Assembly (NCBI GenBank): GCA_039586365.1
Contig: JBDHKN010000002.1
Location: 1 to 64,000, forward strand
DNA: 64,000 nucleotides
Source: Gemmatimonadota bacterium
GTDB taxonomy: Bacteria; Gemmatimonadota; Gemmatimonadetes; Gemmatimonadales; GWC2-71-9
Reading direction: 5' to 3'
How positions within the stretch are numbered: position 1 is the stretch's first letter; each line of letters begins with the position of its first letter. A program made the position numbers and the translations under genes. Below, piece after piece: positions 50,230-59,171 of this stretch. The notes below the pieces were generated by a model that did not search any database, was not told the origin of the DNA, and worked only from the letters and a program-made list of their open reading frames with translations.

Positions 50230-51476
50230 GACGTGCGGTCCCGCCCGGCCAAATCCCTGAACTTGAACCAGGCAAACACAATCGCAGAGATGGCAAGGAA
50301 CCACACCGGCACTAGCAACAGCTTGTGTTCCCAGCGGCGCTCCGCTCTCACTTCGGCGGTAGTCCGAACCAGCTCGGTGTTTGAGCGCACACTGCGGGCG
50401 AGTTCGTCAAGGAGGTCCACGTCCAGACTGTGCAGTGCCAGCGCCATCTGCCGATACTCGGTTACCGCCGTTTGGTACCGGAACCGCTCGTCAGAAACTT
50501 GCTTGCCGCCGACTGTCAGAGTTGCTATCGCCTGCTCAGCGGAGACCAAATCCGCAGCTGCTTCAACCACCGACTCTTGCAGGTCCACACCTAGCAGTCC
50601 CGCTCGGCTGCTTGGCTCATGGCAGTTGACGCAGACTGAAGCGATTCCGTCCGGAGGCACCCTCTCCGTACCATGGTTGCTGTGACATCCCAGGCATCCG
50701 GCGAGCTCGCCATCCCGGGACGGCTCATTGTGAGGTCCCTGAAGAAACGCTCTCCCGATCAGAAGGTGGCAGTGGTCGCAAACGTTCACTACTTCATTGA
50801 CGCCGGGCGGAAGTGCGGCGTGGGAACCGTGACAACCCATACACGTAGGAGCCGCAAAATTCGATCTCTCGAAGACTGCGATTCCATGAGCGCTGTTTCG
50901 ATATTCCGCGAACTGGTCTGTCGGAATACCGTACTGCTGCATCAGCTGGGCATCCTCATGGCAACGGGCGCAGGTACCCGGGATATTGGTCGGGTAGACG
51001 TTGCTCCTGCCGTCTTCCGGGGGAAGAATCGTGTGGGCGTCGTGGCAATCGGTGCAGGTCGGTGCGTTCAGGTCGCGCCGTTCGAGAAGCAGCTCGCCGT
51101 GTCGGCTGGTGCGGAACTCGGCCAGCTGACCGGCTGGAATGCCGTACTGGCGCATCATGTCTGCGTCCGCGTGACACGACGAACACAGTTCGATGGTCGC
51201 CAGCTTCCCCGGAGTGCCGATATACCGCCCACGGTGCGCTTGGTCTCGCTCGTAGGAAGTGGGATCGCCACCGTGACAGTCGTGACACCTGATACCGTGT
51301 TCCGAGTGGATTCCCAGCGTGAATGCCCTGCGTTTCTCGGCGTGGCAGATGAGACATCCATAAGTGGTATCGGCGGCCATACTCAGACCACCCTGCTGGT
51401 CGGCGCTCCACGCGGGTGCTGGTAGCAGCCAGCCGAGAATCCCGGCAGTCAGGGCGAGTCGCATTGTGTTTCTCAC
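50226..51476 (-). CDS. Nonaheme cytochrome c with C-terminal TM (paralog of 35168-36454)
   Basis: Signal peptide, 9 CxxCH with similar spacing (CHGGDP, APTC), helical stalk, TM. Confidence 0.92.
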   Translation of the reverse strand: MRNTMRLALTAGILGWLLPAPAWSADQQGGLSMAADTTYGCLICHAEKRRAFTLGIHSEHGIRCHDCHGGDPTSYERDQAHRGRYIGTPGKLATIELCSSCHADADMMRQYGIPAGQLAEFRTSRHGELLLERRDLNAPTCTDCHDAHTILPPEDGRSNVYPTNIPGTCARCHEDAQLMQQYGIPTDQFAEYRNSAHGIAVFERSNFAAPTCMGCHGSHAALPPGVNEVVNVCDHCHLLIGRAFLQGPHNEPSRDGELAGCLGCHSNHGTERVPPDGIASVCVNCHEPSSRAGLLGVDLQESVVEAAADLVSAEQAIATLTVGGKQVSDERFRYQTAVTEYRQMALALHSLDVDLLDELARSVRSNTELVRTTAEVRAERRWEHKLLLVPVWFLAISAIVFAWFKFRDLAGRDRTS

Positions 51477-52801
51477 GGCTCCCTCCCAGCGGGGTCGGAG
51501 TCTTCTTCACCTGGTGCGGGACGGGGCGGCGTTGGGCCTAAATCTCTGAGTGGCAGCCCGGCCTCTGGAATCTCAGACGCACCTCGCACGGACTCTGCAG
51601 CGGGTCGCGACGATGGACTTACCGATCGGATTTGACGTCCCGTGAGCCAGGCCACACCGAAACCGATGAAGAAGATCAACCCGAGAGCCGCAGCTAGGGG
51701 CCTGTGTCTCAGCCGCCTTTCCGGCCTACGGTCAAATAGCGGAACCAGCACTAGGCTAAATCCAAGTAGTGTGAATCCCGTAAGACCCCACGGACCGAGG
51801 AAGCGAATGAGAGCGAGCGACACATCGACCGGGACCCAGGTGGATACCAGTTCACCTGGAACCAGATACGGATTCGCGGCATCCCCCACCGGTCGGGGGA
51901 ACAGAGCGGCCAACGAAATGGCTACAGCAAGAACCAAGACCACCACTACGAATGACCGGAGAAGGTGGTTCGGGAAGAACGGGATGCCCTGCGGGAAGTC
52001 CTCCAGTTTCCACTGCGCACTTGCGCGCCAAGAATCTCGATCCTCACGGACGTCAGTCGGAGGCGCGACACCCCGACGGCGAACGAGTGTGAAATGGTAA
52101 ACCAACAAGACCAGCGCAATCCACGGCAACACGATCACGTGTAAAGCGAAGAAGCGACTCAGCGTGGCACCCGAGACAATAGCGTCTCCCATGATTGCTT
52201 CCGTGATGACACCGCCCAGCAGCACTGTGCTCGACATCACGTCTAGCACTTCCGACACAGTCCAATAAGCCCATTGGTCCCACGGAAGCAGGTACCCTGT
52301 GGCACCGAAGGCGAGAACGATGAACAGCAGCAGCAGGCCGACGAGCCAATTGGTTTCGCGTGGCGGCTTGTAGGCAGCCGCGAAGTAGACGCGCCCCATA
52401 TGCGCCAGCACAGCGAGCACGATCAGATTGGCGGACCAAACATGCAGGTCGCGTATCAGCCATCCAAATGAGACGTCTGAGACAATGTGCTGTATGCTCG
52501 GGTAGGCCTCCTGTACCGACGGCCGGTAGAACAAAGCGAGGAGGACTCCTGTTACCACCAAGATCATGAAGAGGAGGTACGTGATCCCACCAAACGCATG
52601 GCGCCACCCGACGTGCGGCGGCAGCCGGTAGCGCAGCGCCTTCTGCAGTGCTTGGTCGATTCGCAGGCTGCGATCAATGGGCCCATAAAGGAGTCCGAGG
52701 AAACGAGCTACACCGAGAATGCTGGCGTCGGTGCTCGCCTTGATGTCGGTCCACATGTTCGTGAACCAACTCGTCACCGCCCTCCACGTTCGCCCGATCA
52801 T
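51473..52801 (-). CDS. Cytochrome b paralog retaining four heme His but lacking PEWY
   Basis: LHVW...AHM, LHV...YHF, GYLLPWD; ELVSTWVP at the PEWY position. Confidence 0.9.
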   Translation of the reverse strand: MIGRTWRAVTSWFTNMWTDIKASTDASILGVARFLGLLYGPIDRSLRIDQALQKALRYRLPPHVGWRHAFGGITYLLFMILVVTGVLLALFYRPSVQEAYPSIQHIVSDVSFGWLIRDLHVWSANLIVLAVLAHMGRVYFAAAYKPPRETNWLVGLLLLFIVLAFGATGYLLPWDQWAYWTVSEVLDVMSSTVLLGGVITEAIMGDAIVSGATLSRFFALHVIVLPWIALVLLVYHFTLVRRRGVAPPTDVREDRDSWRASAQWKLEDFPQGIPFFPNHLLRSFVVVVLVLAVAISLAALFPRPVGDAANPYLVPGELVSTWVPVDVSLALIRFLGPWGLTGFTLLGFSLVLVPLFDRRPERRLRHRPLAAALGLIFFIGFGVAWLTGRQIRSVSPSSRPAAESVRGASEIPEAGLPLRDLGPTPPRPAPGEEDSDPAGREP

Positions 52802-53256
52802 GCTTCATCCCCAACGTACACCACGCCGTTTCGCAAGAAGACCGAGTAGCGCTGCAACGGCGTGGTGGTAAGACCTGCAACGACGTTGCCCTGCAGATCG
52901 AAGACAACGTAATTGCAGGGAGACACCACTCTCAGAGATTCCAGATCCCAGCGCAGCACGCAGCCGTCTTTGGGGGATGTTCCCTGCAGCCCGACGAAGC
53001 GTTGCTCGCCACTCCGCACCACCAAAACCGTCCTGTCCCCCCAACTCACTATACGGCTCGCACCAACCGGAAAATCGGCTTCTCGCGCCACCCTAACACC
53101 GGGCAGCAGTTCTGAGATTTCCAGATGCTCCCGAGGCAACACGTACAGGGCAAGGATCAAACCCAACCCGGCCAGCATCAGGAGGGTCACGGCACCTAGC
53201 AGGAGATCGTTGAAGCCAAGTTTGGCGGGTTGGCTCTCATCGCCCATATCAATCAT
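52798..53256 (-). CDS. Pseudo-Rieske protein without Fe-S ligands
   Basis: TM plus Rieske-like layout; SPKDGC and SPCN boxes; FD.QG.V.AG...PL..Y.V; no twin-Arg. Confidence 0.8.
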   Translation of the reverse strand: MIDMGDESQPAKLGFNDLLLGAVTLLMLAGLGLILALYVLPREHLEISELLPGVRVAREADFPVGASRIVSWGDRTVLVVRSGEQRFVGLQGTSPKDGCVLRWDLESLRVVSPCNYVVFDLQGNVVAGLTTTPLQRYSVFLRNGVVYVGDEA

Positions 53257-53441
53257 CTCTTAAGCTCTTTCGCTCACGCTACAACACTCCAGAAGTTACG
53301 CTCCACCATCCGGCACGGGACCCTCATGCAGCAGGCCCCGTCCTGCAGGAGGAGGGCGGGGCCACAGCTTCGAATGATTGTCTCTGGCGGTCGCAGCTGA
53401 CACGCACGTACCGGCCGTGCCACAAGCGGCGTTGTGTCACA

Positions 53442-54992
53442 TCAATCCCGCGTTCCCCGCGACGGTTGTGCGTCAATCGTCAAATCGACTCCGGCTGGCA
53501 GCACGATCCCGTAGTGGTCCGCTGCCGCGGTGATAGAAGCCTTCAGAAGGGCCTCGAGGAATGGTGGATTGTGGACTCCATTGCCACTAGTGGGATGGGC
53601 GCCGAACTCAACCGTGTCGTTCGCGGCCACCACAATGAAGGCCTCCCGGAAGTATGGCGTGTCGTCCGTGGCCGCCAGCTGTGCATTCCATAGCACTCCC
53701 TCAGCGAACGTGAACAACGTGTCAGACACATCCAGCTCTTTCGGACCAATGGTCGCAACGATCTGTGCCAACACGCCAGCATCGGTGGGAGCCGCGTCCA
53801 GGTGGTCGTCGCCGTTGGAGTCGACCCAGATCTGGCCCAAGAGTACATTCAGCTCGTCGGCGAACGCTTCGTAGATCGCTTGGGAGTTGGCCTCGGTGCC
53901 ATGACAGCTTGCACAGGCGCTGAACGTGCGCTCGTCGTTAGTGCAAGGACCGGGCTCCGGAATCCCGTCCGCATCCACACACGGAATGGCCTCAAAGCTG
54001 TGTCCCACGCTTTGGAAGAATTCGGGCTGGGTCACAGTGAACGATGCAACGTGGCAGGTTGCACAAAGACCGGGATTGACGGCGGGATTGCCGTGGGCAC
54101 CGGTCAATCCATCTAGCCACTCGAAGCCCGGCGCCCACCAACCGATGTTCTGACCGAGCACCAAAGGACCTTGGGCACCGTGCGGCCCGTGCGTAGTTGC
54201 AGTCGGTACCGTCGTCGTACTATGACACTTGATGCAAAGGTTGTTCTTCGTGGCTACCGAGATCGGGGCCCGCAATTGGCCGGGATTCGGGCCGCCGTGA
54301 GGGTCGTGGCACACCGCACACGTGATGTCCAACAGCTCTCCGGTACCCTTTTCCAGATAGTCCGCCGACACCCCGAACTGACTCTCGAGCGCTTTCGTAC
54401 CCTCATGACAATCGTTGCACGGCGACCTTCCCTTGGCGAAGCTGGTGGTGTTCCCGTGGCGGGACTCCTCCCACTGCTCGACAAAGGGATGGTGTGCGTC
54501 GCTGTGGCATTCGCCACATCCGTTGGTGGCAGCCTCGCCAACTGCGATTGACGCTAGGGGTCGTGTGAACGTCGGATCGCTCACATGGTTGACCCCTGGG
54601 CCATGGCAAGATTCGCACTGCACATCTTGATACGCCGAATCGGCGACCAAGCTAAACCCAGCCGGTTCAGCCAGCGCGTTGCCCAGCTCATTGACCGTAT
54701 GGCATCCCTCGCATGATTCCTCCGCGAAATCGGAACTCTGCAACCCAGCCCAGGCGTCGGCATGTGCTGTCTCGGCCCATTCAGCCTGCTTGTCGGCATG
54801 GCAGTTACCGCAGGTCGTCTGCTTCTCCGCCGTCAGGTAGTAGCCCAGGAAGCCGGAGGCAGCATCCGGCGGCGGGTTGAACGGCTCTACATCGCGGAAA
54901 ACAATGTCATCTTTGGTACAACCCGTGGCCAACACCACAGATGCCACGAACGTTGCGAGCCAGCGACGCGAGGAAAACGGATGTTCGTGCAC
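53442..54992 (-). CDS. Nonaheme cytochrome c lipoprotein
   Basis: Lipobox LATG-C; 9 CxxCH; C-terminal GVHN helical region. Confidence 0.88.
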   Translation of the reverse strand: MHEHPFSSRRWLATFVASVVLATGCTKDDIVFRDVEPFNPPPDAASGFLGYYLTAEKQTTCGNCHADKQAEWAETAHADAWAGLQSSDFAEESCEGCHTVNELGNALAEPAGFSLVADSAYQDVQCESCHGPGVNHVSDPTFTRPLASIAVGEAATNGCGECHSDAHHPFVEQWEESRHGNTTSFAKGRSPCNDCHEGTKALESQFGVSADYLEKGTGELLDITCAVCHDPHGGPNPGQLRAPISVATKNNLCIKCHSTTTVPTATTHGPHGAQGPLVLGQNIGWWAPGFEWLDGLTGAHGNPAVNPGLCATCHVASFTVTQPEFFQSVGHSFEAIPCVDADGIPEPGPCTNDERTFSACASCHGTEANSQAIYEAFADELNVLLGQIWVDSNGDDHLDAAPTDAGVLAQIVATIGPKELDVSDTLFTFAEGVLWNAQLAATDDTPYFREAFIVVAANDTVEFGAHPTSGNGVHNPPFLEALLKASITAAADHYGIVLPAGVDLTIDAQPSRGTRD

Positions 54993-55189
54993 GGTCTACC
55001 TCGAGGAGAAGTGTATGGTACTCTTTGACTTCTAGTATCCCAATTATGAAGGAGAACAGCAAGTGGTTCCCCTATTCCGTTAAGGCTTCTTCAGCATCTA
55101 TTTATGCGCTTTCGGACACCGTTGTGGAGTCCTGAGAATTCACGAGGAGTGTGGGTCCAATCCGTTTCCAAGAGGGTAGGGTACAGTAC

Positions 55190-55651
55190 GTGAGTGACCA
55201 GCTTTCTACAAGGCAGCGTGTCGCCCTCAGAGCGGTATGCCGAACGATTCTCCCCGCCCCAATCAGTGATCTGGAGGGTATCGCTCTCGAGCAATCTACT
55301 GGGCGGGCAGAACAACTGATTGCGTCGCTCGCCGACCCCGGGAACCGCGCACGCCTCTTGGCCCTCCTGACGGTCCTGGGTTCGCCCATCGCGAACCTCG
55401 TTCTGGGGGGCCGGGCTGCTGCACTCCAAGCGATGGAGCGGTCGGACCGTGAGGAAGTCCTCCGTGGATGGACTCAATCCCGAGTGCCCCAGACCAATCT
55501 GCGGTGCGGGGAAACAGGTGAGTCTCATGAGGTACCGGGGCTCTACGTCGCCGCCGCGAGCGTGTTCCCCACCTCGAGCGGTGTGAACCCCATGATCACT
55601 ATCATGACAATAGCAGATCACGTCGCACGGGGGCTGGCTGACCGCTTGTGA
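55190..55651 (+). pseudogene. Internally deleted GMC oxidoreductase (long-chain alcohol oxidase-like) remnant
   Basis: N-terminal helical part joined directly to the GMC C-terminus GLYVAAASVFPTSSGVNPMITIM; FAD-binding GxGxxG core absent. Confidence 0.7.
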
Positions 55652-55679
55652 GGACGCGCGAGCCTAGAGCAACGAGTCA

Positions 55680-55708
55680 GGCCGGCCTTCGTCCCACGAA
55701 GACCGGCC
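55680..55708. terminator. Hairpin between convergent genes
   Basis: GGCCGGCCTTCGT-CCC-ACGAAGACCGGCC. Confidence 0.45.
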
Positions 55709-55756
55709 CGCTCATGACGCTCAAGTCAGCTTATCAGAGGTGCGGCTGCCGGTCCA

Positions 55757-57241
55757 CTAGTTGTGAATGCCGTTAGCCTTCGTTGCCAGCTCCGCCATGG
55801 TCCTCTGGCTGAAGCCCCCGCCCTCCGCAGATACCGGGTCCGTATGACAGGAATAGCAGGCAAAATCGAGAGTCACCCATCCCTTGTCCATAAACGTTCC
55901 ACCGGCATCGAACATGTTGTCCTTGATCAGATTGCCATCGGTGTTGATTCCGAAGATGTGGGTGCGCACGTCACCCTCAAAACCGTGCACTGCTCTCGCT
56001 GACATCGTGGCCCGCGGCATATGACAATCCACGCAGCCCGGAGCCGAATTATGCGAATTGTTGGCCGCCTGATCCGGGTGACAACTTTCACACGTTGCCA
56101 CTATACCCCCGTTGGCAGCGTTGCCGTACAGGACGCCAACATGTGCGTCATGGCAGTCGTTGCAGCTCAGGTTTGCGTGAGTTCCCGCCAACAGCTCATT
56201 GTACTGTTCGTGATGTCTGATAAAGCCACCACTGGCAGGGATGGTCTGAGCGTCACCGCGGATATGGCACTGACCGCACAATTCTGCGCTGTCGTCTACC
56301 GTGATGTCAGACCCTGATTGGCTCGCGACATGATTCGCACCGGGACCGTGACACGCTTCGCAAGTAATCCCCGTCTCCTCCCAGGTACCAGCTATGCCCA
56401 CAAGACCATCCTGATGCACGCCACCATTGTCAGCAAAGCTCTGCCATCCAGTTGTATGACAGGCGCCGCAATCGTACGGCTTCCGTTCAGTATCTGTCGC
56501 CTGGTATGGTACCCACTCCGATGGCAGGCCACCCCCCAAGTCACTCCGCGGCAGGTTGTACTGCACGTCGACACCGTCCATCGCATTGGTCATGACCCAA
56601 CCCGAATCGGCGGTTATGTAGCGTGCTTTCCACCCATACCCCCCAATCACGTAAGCTATGTCGCTCCAGGCCGCTCTCGAAGCCCCGGGTGGAGGCGTCG
56701 GTACCTCGCTGTGTGGATACTCGGGCGCTTGCCCGTTCACGATCTTGTTCAGCTTGTAGGGATGACCCGAGTTGAGCATTTCCTCGGAGTAGTTGAAGTG
56801 ACAGTTCCTGCATACATGGCTAGTCACGTAGCCCCGCGCCGAATGCGCGATGATCGCAAAAATACCGTCACTCTCGTCCTCGCCCGTCTGCCCGATGGTA
56901 TCCTTCGCAACCGCCTTCACGGTTACGCTGAACACGTTGGCATCGGGAACCGTCCAAGTGTAGCTGGAGCCTGTGACACCGCTGGCGATCATGGCTTCAA
57001 AACCACCAGAGAGATAGCTGAGGTCGACGCCCACCACTCCAATATCGTCCGTCGCGGTCCAAGTGATCTCAACGTTTGAACCTGGCTGAACGACTTCACC
57101 ACCGTTGGGGGCTGTGAGCTGAATGGTGGGTGGGTTGTCCTCCGGAGAGACGATCGGCTCCGTCCCATCGTCACACCCCGCAACCAGCCCGACAACCACG
57201 AGCACAGAGAGTCCAGCTAGCAACTTTCGCACTGGCTTCAT
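55757..57241 (-). CDS. Octaheme cytochrome c lipoprotein with N-terminal Ig-like domain
   Basis: Lipobox LVAG-C; APNGGE...ITWTATD...YTWTVP Ig-like strands; 8 CxxCH; start MKPVRK. Confidence 0.88.
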   Translation of the reverse strand: MKPVRKLLAGLSVLVVVGLVAGCDDGTEPIVSPEDNPPTIQLTAPNGGEVVQPGSNVEITWTATDDIGVVGVDLSYLSGGFEAMIASGVTGSSYTWTVPDANVFSVTVKAVAKDTIGQTGEDESDGIFAIIAHSARGYVTSHVCRNCHFNYSEEMLNSGHPYKLNKIVNGQAPEYPHSEVPTPPPGASRAAWSDIAYVIGGYGWKARYITADSGWVMTNAMDGVDVQYNLPRSDLGGGLPSEWVPYQATDTERKPYDCGACHTTGWQSFADNGGVHQDGLVGIAGTWEETGITCEACHGPGANHVASQSGSDITVDDSAELCGQCHIRGDAQTIPASGGFIRHHEQYNELLAGTHANLSCNDCHDAHVGVLYGNAANGGIVATCESCHPDQAANNSHNSAPGCVDCHMPRATMSARAVHGFEGDVRTHIFGINTDGNLIKDNMFDAGGTFMDKGWVTLDFACYSCHTDPVSAEGGGFSQRTMAELATKANGIHN

Positions 57242-57460
57242 AGACCATGACTCCTCTCCAAGGTGCGTGACCACATCCAGAGCCGATACGATTCCTGTTG
57301 CGTCAGCCGCTAGATTGCGACGGTGCAGTGGACATGATCGGTCTGCCTGGACAGTATCACAACCCGTAGCAATGCGCAGGCGCCGCAAGCTAGCTTGGGC
57401 GACTATCTGAAGCATACTATCACAAGGATGTTGGCATTACAAGAACGGAGTAACTGACAC

Positions 57461-58765
57461 CTAAGCCAACACCCTCCGCAGCAGGTCCAACGCTCGCTCG
57501 GCATCGTCTTCGCTAAAGGTTAACGAGGGTCTGAACCGGATGGACCTGGGACCGCACACCAGAACAGCCAAGCCCTCATCCCAGCACCGCCGCCGGATGC
57601 TCTCCCGTATCTCCCCATCGGGTAAGTCCAGGGCCAACATCAGACCTCGGCCACGCACGTTGCTCACACTGGGGAACTCTGTCTGCAACCCTGCGAGACC
57701 TTCCAGGAAGATTCTCCCGACCTTGGCCGCGTTCTCTACCAGACGATCCTCAGCGATGATCTGTAGGTAGCGGGCACAACGGACCATGTCCACGAGGTTG
57801 CCACCCCAGGTGGAATTGATCCGCGAGGAGACGTGGAACACATTGGTCTCGACCGTGTCGATCCGCCGCGTACTCATCATGCCACAGACCTGCGTCTTCT
57901 TGCCGAAGGCAAGAATGTCGGGCGTCACCCCGAGCTGCTGGTAGGCCCACATTGAGCCGGTCATGCCGACACCCGTCTGAATCTCGTCGAATATCAACAA
58001 GGCGTCACGTTCATCGGCAATGGCCCGTAGCTTGTGGAAGAAATCGGGACGGAAGTGGTTGTCGCCTCCCTCTCCCTGAATCGGTTCGATCAGAATCCCG
58101 GCTATCCCATGGGGATCCCTGTCAAACGCTGCGTGGATCTCGGCTATGGATTGTGCCTCCGCCGCCGCGACAGAAGCTTCATTCAACGGGAAGTGGATCT
58201 TGGGGTTTGATACTCTCGGCCAGTCGAACTTGGGATAGTCACGAACCTTGAGTGGCTCGGTGTTAGTGACCGAGACCGCGTAACCGGTGCGCCCGTGAAA
58301 TGCCTCCCGGAAGTGGAGAATCTTGTCACCACCCCCCGCAATTCCCCCAGCCCTATTGCGCTGCACCTTCCAGTCGAACGCCGCCTTCATCGCATTTGCC
58401 ACCGCCACCGACCCGCCAGCGACGAAGAACAGGTAGGGAAACTCAGCCGGCGCTGCAATGTCACGAAAGGTCTCGACAAACGCCGCGAACTCGCGGCTGT
58501 ATACATCGCTGTTGGCGGGATTGCTCAACGCAGCGACCATGAGTGACTGGCGGAACCCTTCGTCGCACATCTTGGGGTGGTTGTGGCCCACCGGCAACGA
58601 CGCGAAGTATGAATAGCAATCCAGGTACTCCTTGCCATCAAGCGCATCTACCATGATCGAACCACGCGATTTCTCAAGGTCGATCACCATGTGAAAGCCG
58701 TCGACCAGAACATTCTCCCGAAGTACTGGGAAAACTCGATCGGCTGGCACAGATATCTGAGGCAT
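57461..58765 (-). CDS. lat: L-lysine 6-transaminase
   Basis: LVDG, AFHGRTGY, IEPIQGEGGDNH, DEIQTG, FGKKTQVCG, STWGGN. Confidence 0.92.
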   Translation of the reverse strand: MPQISVPADRVFPVLRENVLVDGFHMVIDLEKSRGSIMVDALDGKEYLDCYSYFASLPVGHNHPKMCDEGFRQSLMVAALSNPANSDVYSREFAAFVETFRDIAAPAEFPYLFFVAGGSVAVANAMKAAFDWKVQRNRAGGIAGGGDKILHFREAFHGRTGYAVSVTNTEPLKVRDYPKFDWPRVSNPKIHFPLNEASVAAAEAQSIAEIHAAFDRDPHGIAGILIEPIQGEGGDNHFRPDFFHKLRAIADERDALLIFDEIQTGVGMTGSMWAYQQLGVTPDILAFGKKTQVCGMMSTRRIDTVETNVFHVSSRINSTWGGNLVDMVRCARYLQIIAEDRLVENAAKVGRIFLEGLAGLQTEFPSVSNVRGRGLMLALDLPDGEIRESIRRRCWDEGLAVLVCGPRSIRFRPSLTFSEDDAERALDLLRRVLA

Positions 58766-59171
58766 TGTTGTCTCCCGAGCATCTTTGTTGAGTCGGTCGT
58801 CCCGATCACTGGAGTCTGCCTAGAGCGGGACGGCGATCGCGACGCGGGTGCGTCTAGATACTCACGGAGTTCGGTGGCGCAAAAATCCCTGGACGGGCGT
58901 TTTGAGGAAGGAGTTTTGACACTGCGTGTCCCGGCATAACCTGTCTCATCCCGGCTCCCGAATGACTGTCGTTAAATGTAGCGGTGCGGGCTGACTCTGG
59001 CGATCAGAACCAAGCAACCGCGACTCCTCACACGCTGTGATGGTGTGTCTGCACTCGGCGCGCCTAGACGGCCCACTGGCAGATCGGCCTGGTTGTTCCA
59101 CCGCTTCAGAACCACGGCAGCGCCGGATTCCGAGTGCACGCTCACCTACTCAACACCTCCGTGTCAGTGTC

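Noticed and set aside
53406..53422. TGGCACG on the minus strand upstream of the pseudo-Rieske as a sigma54 promoter
   Set aside because: Good -24 element but the -12 position reads GTAC, not TTGC.
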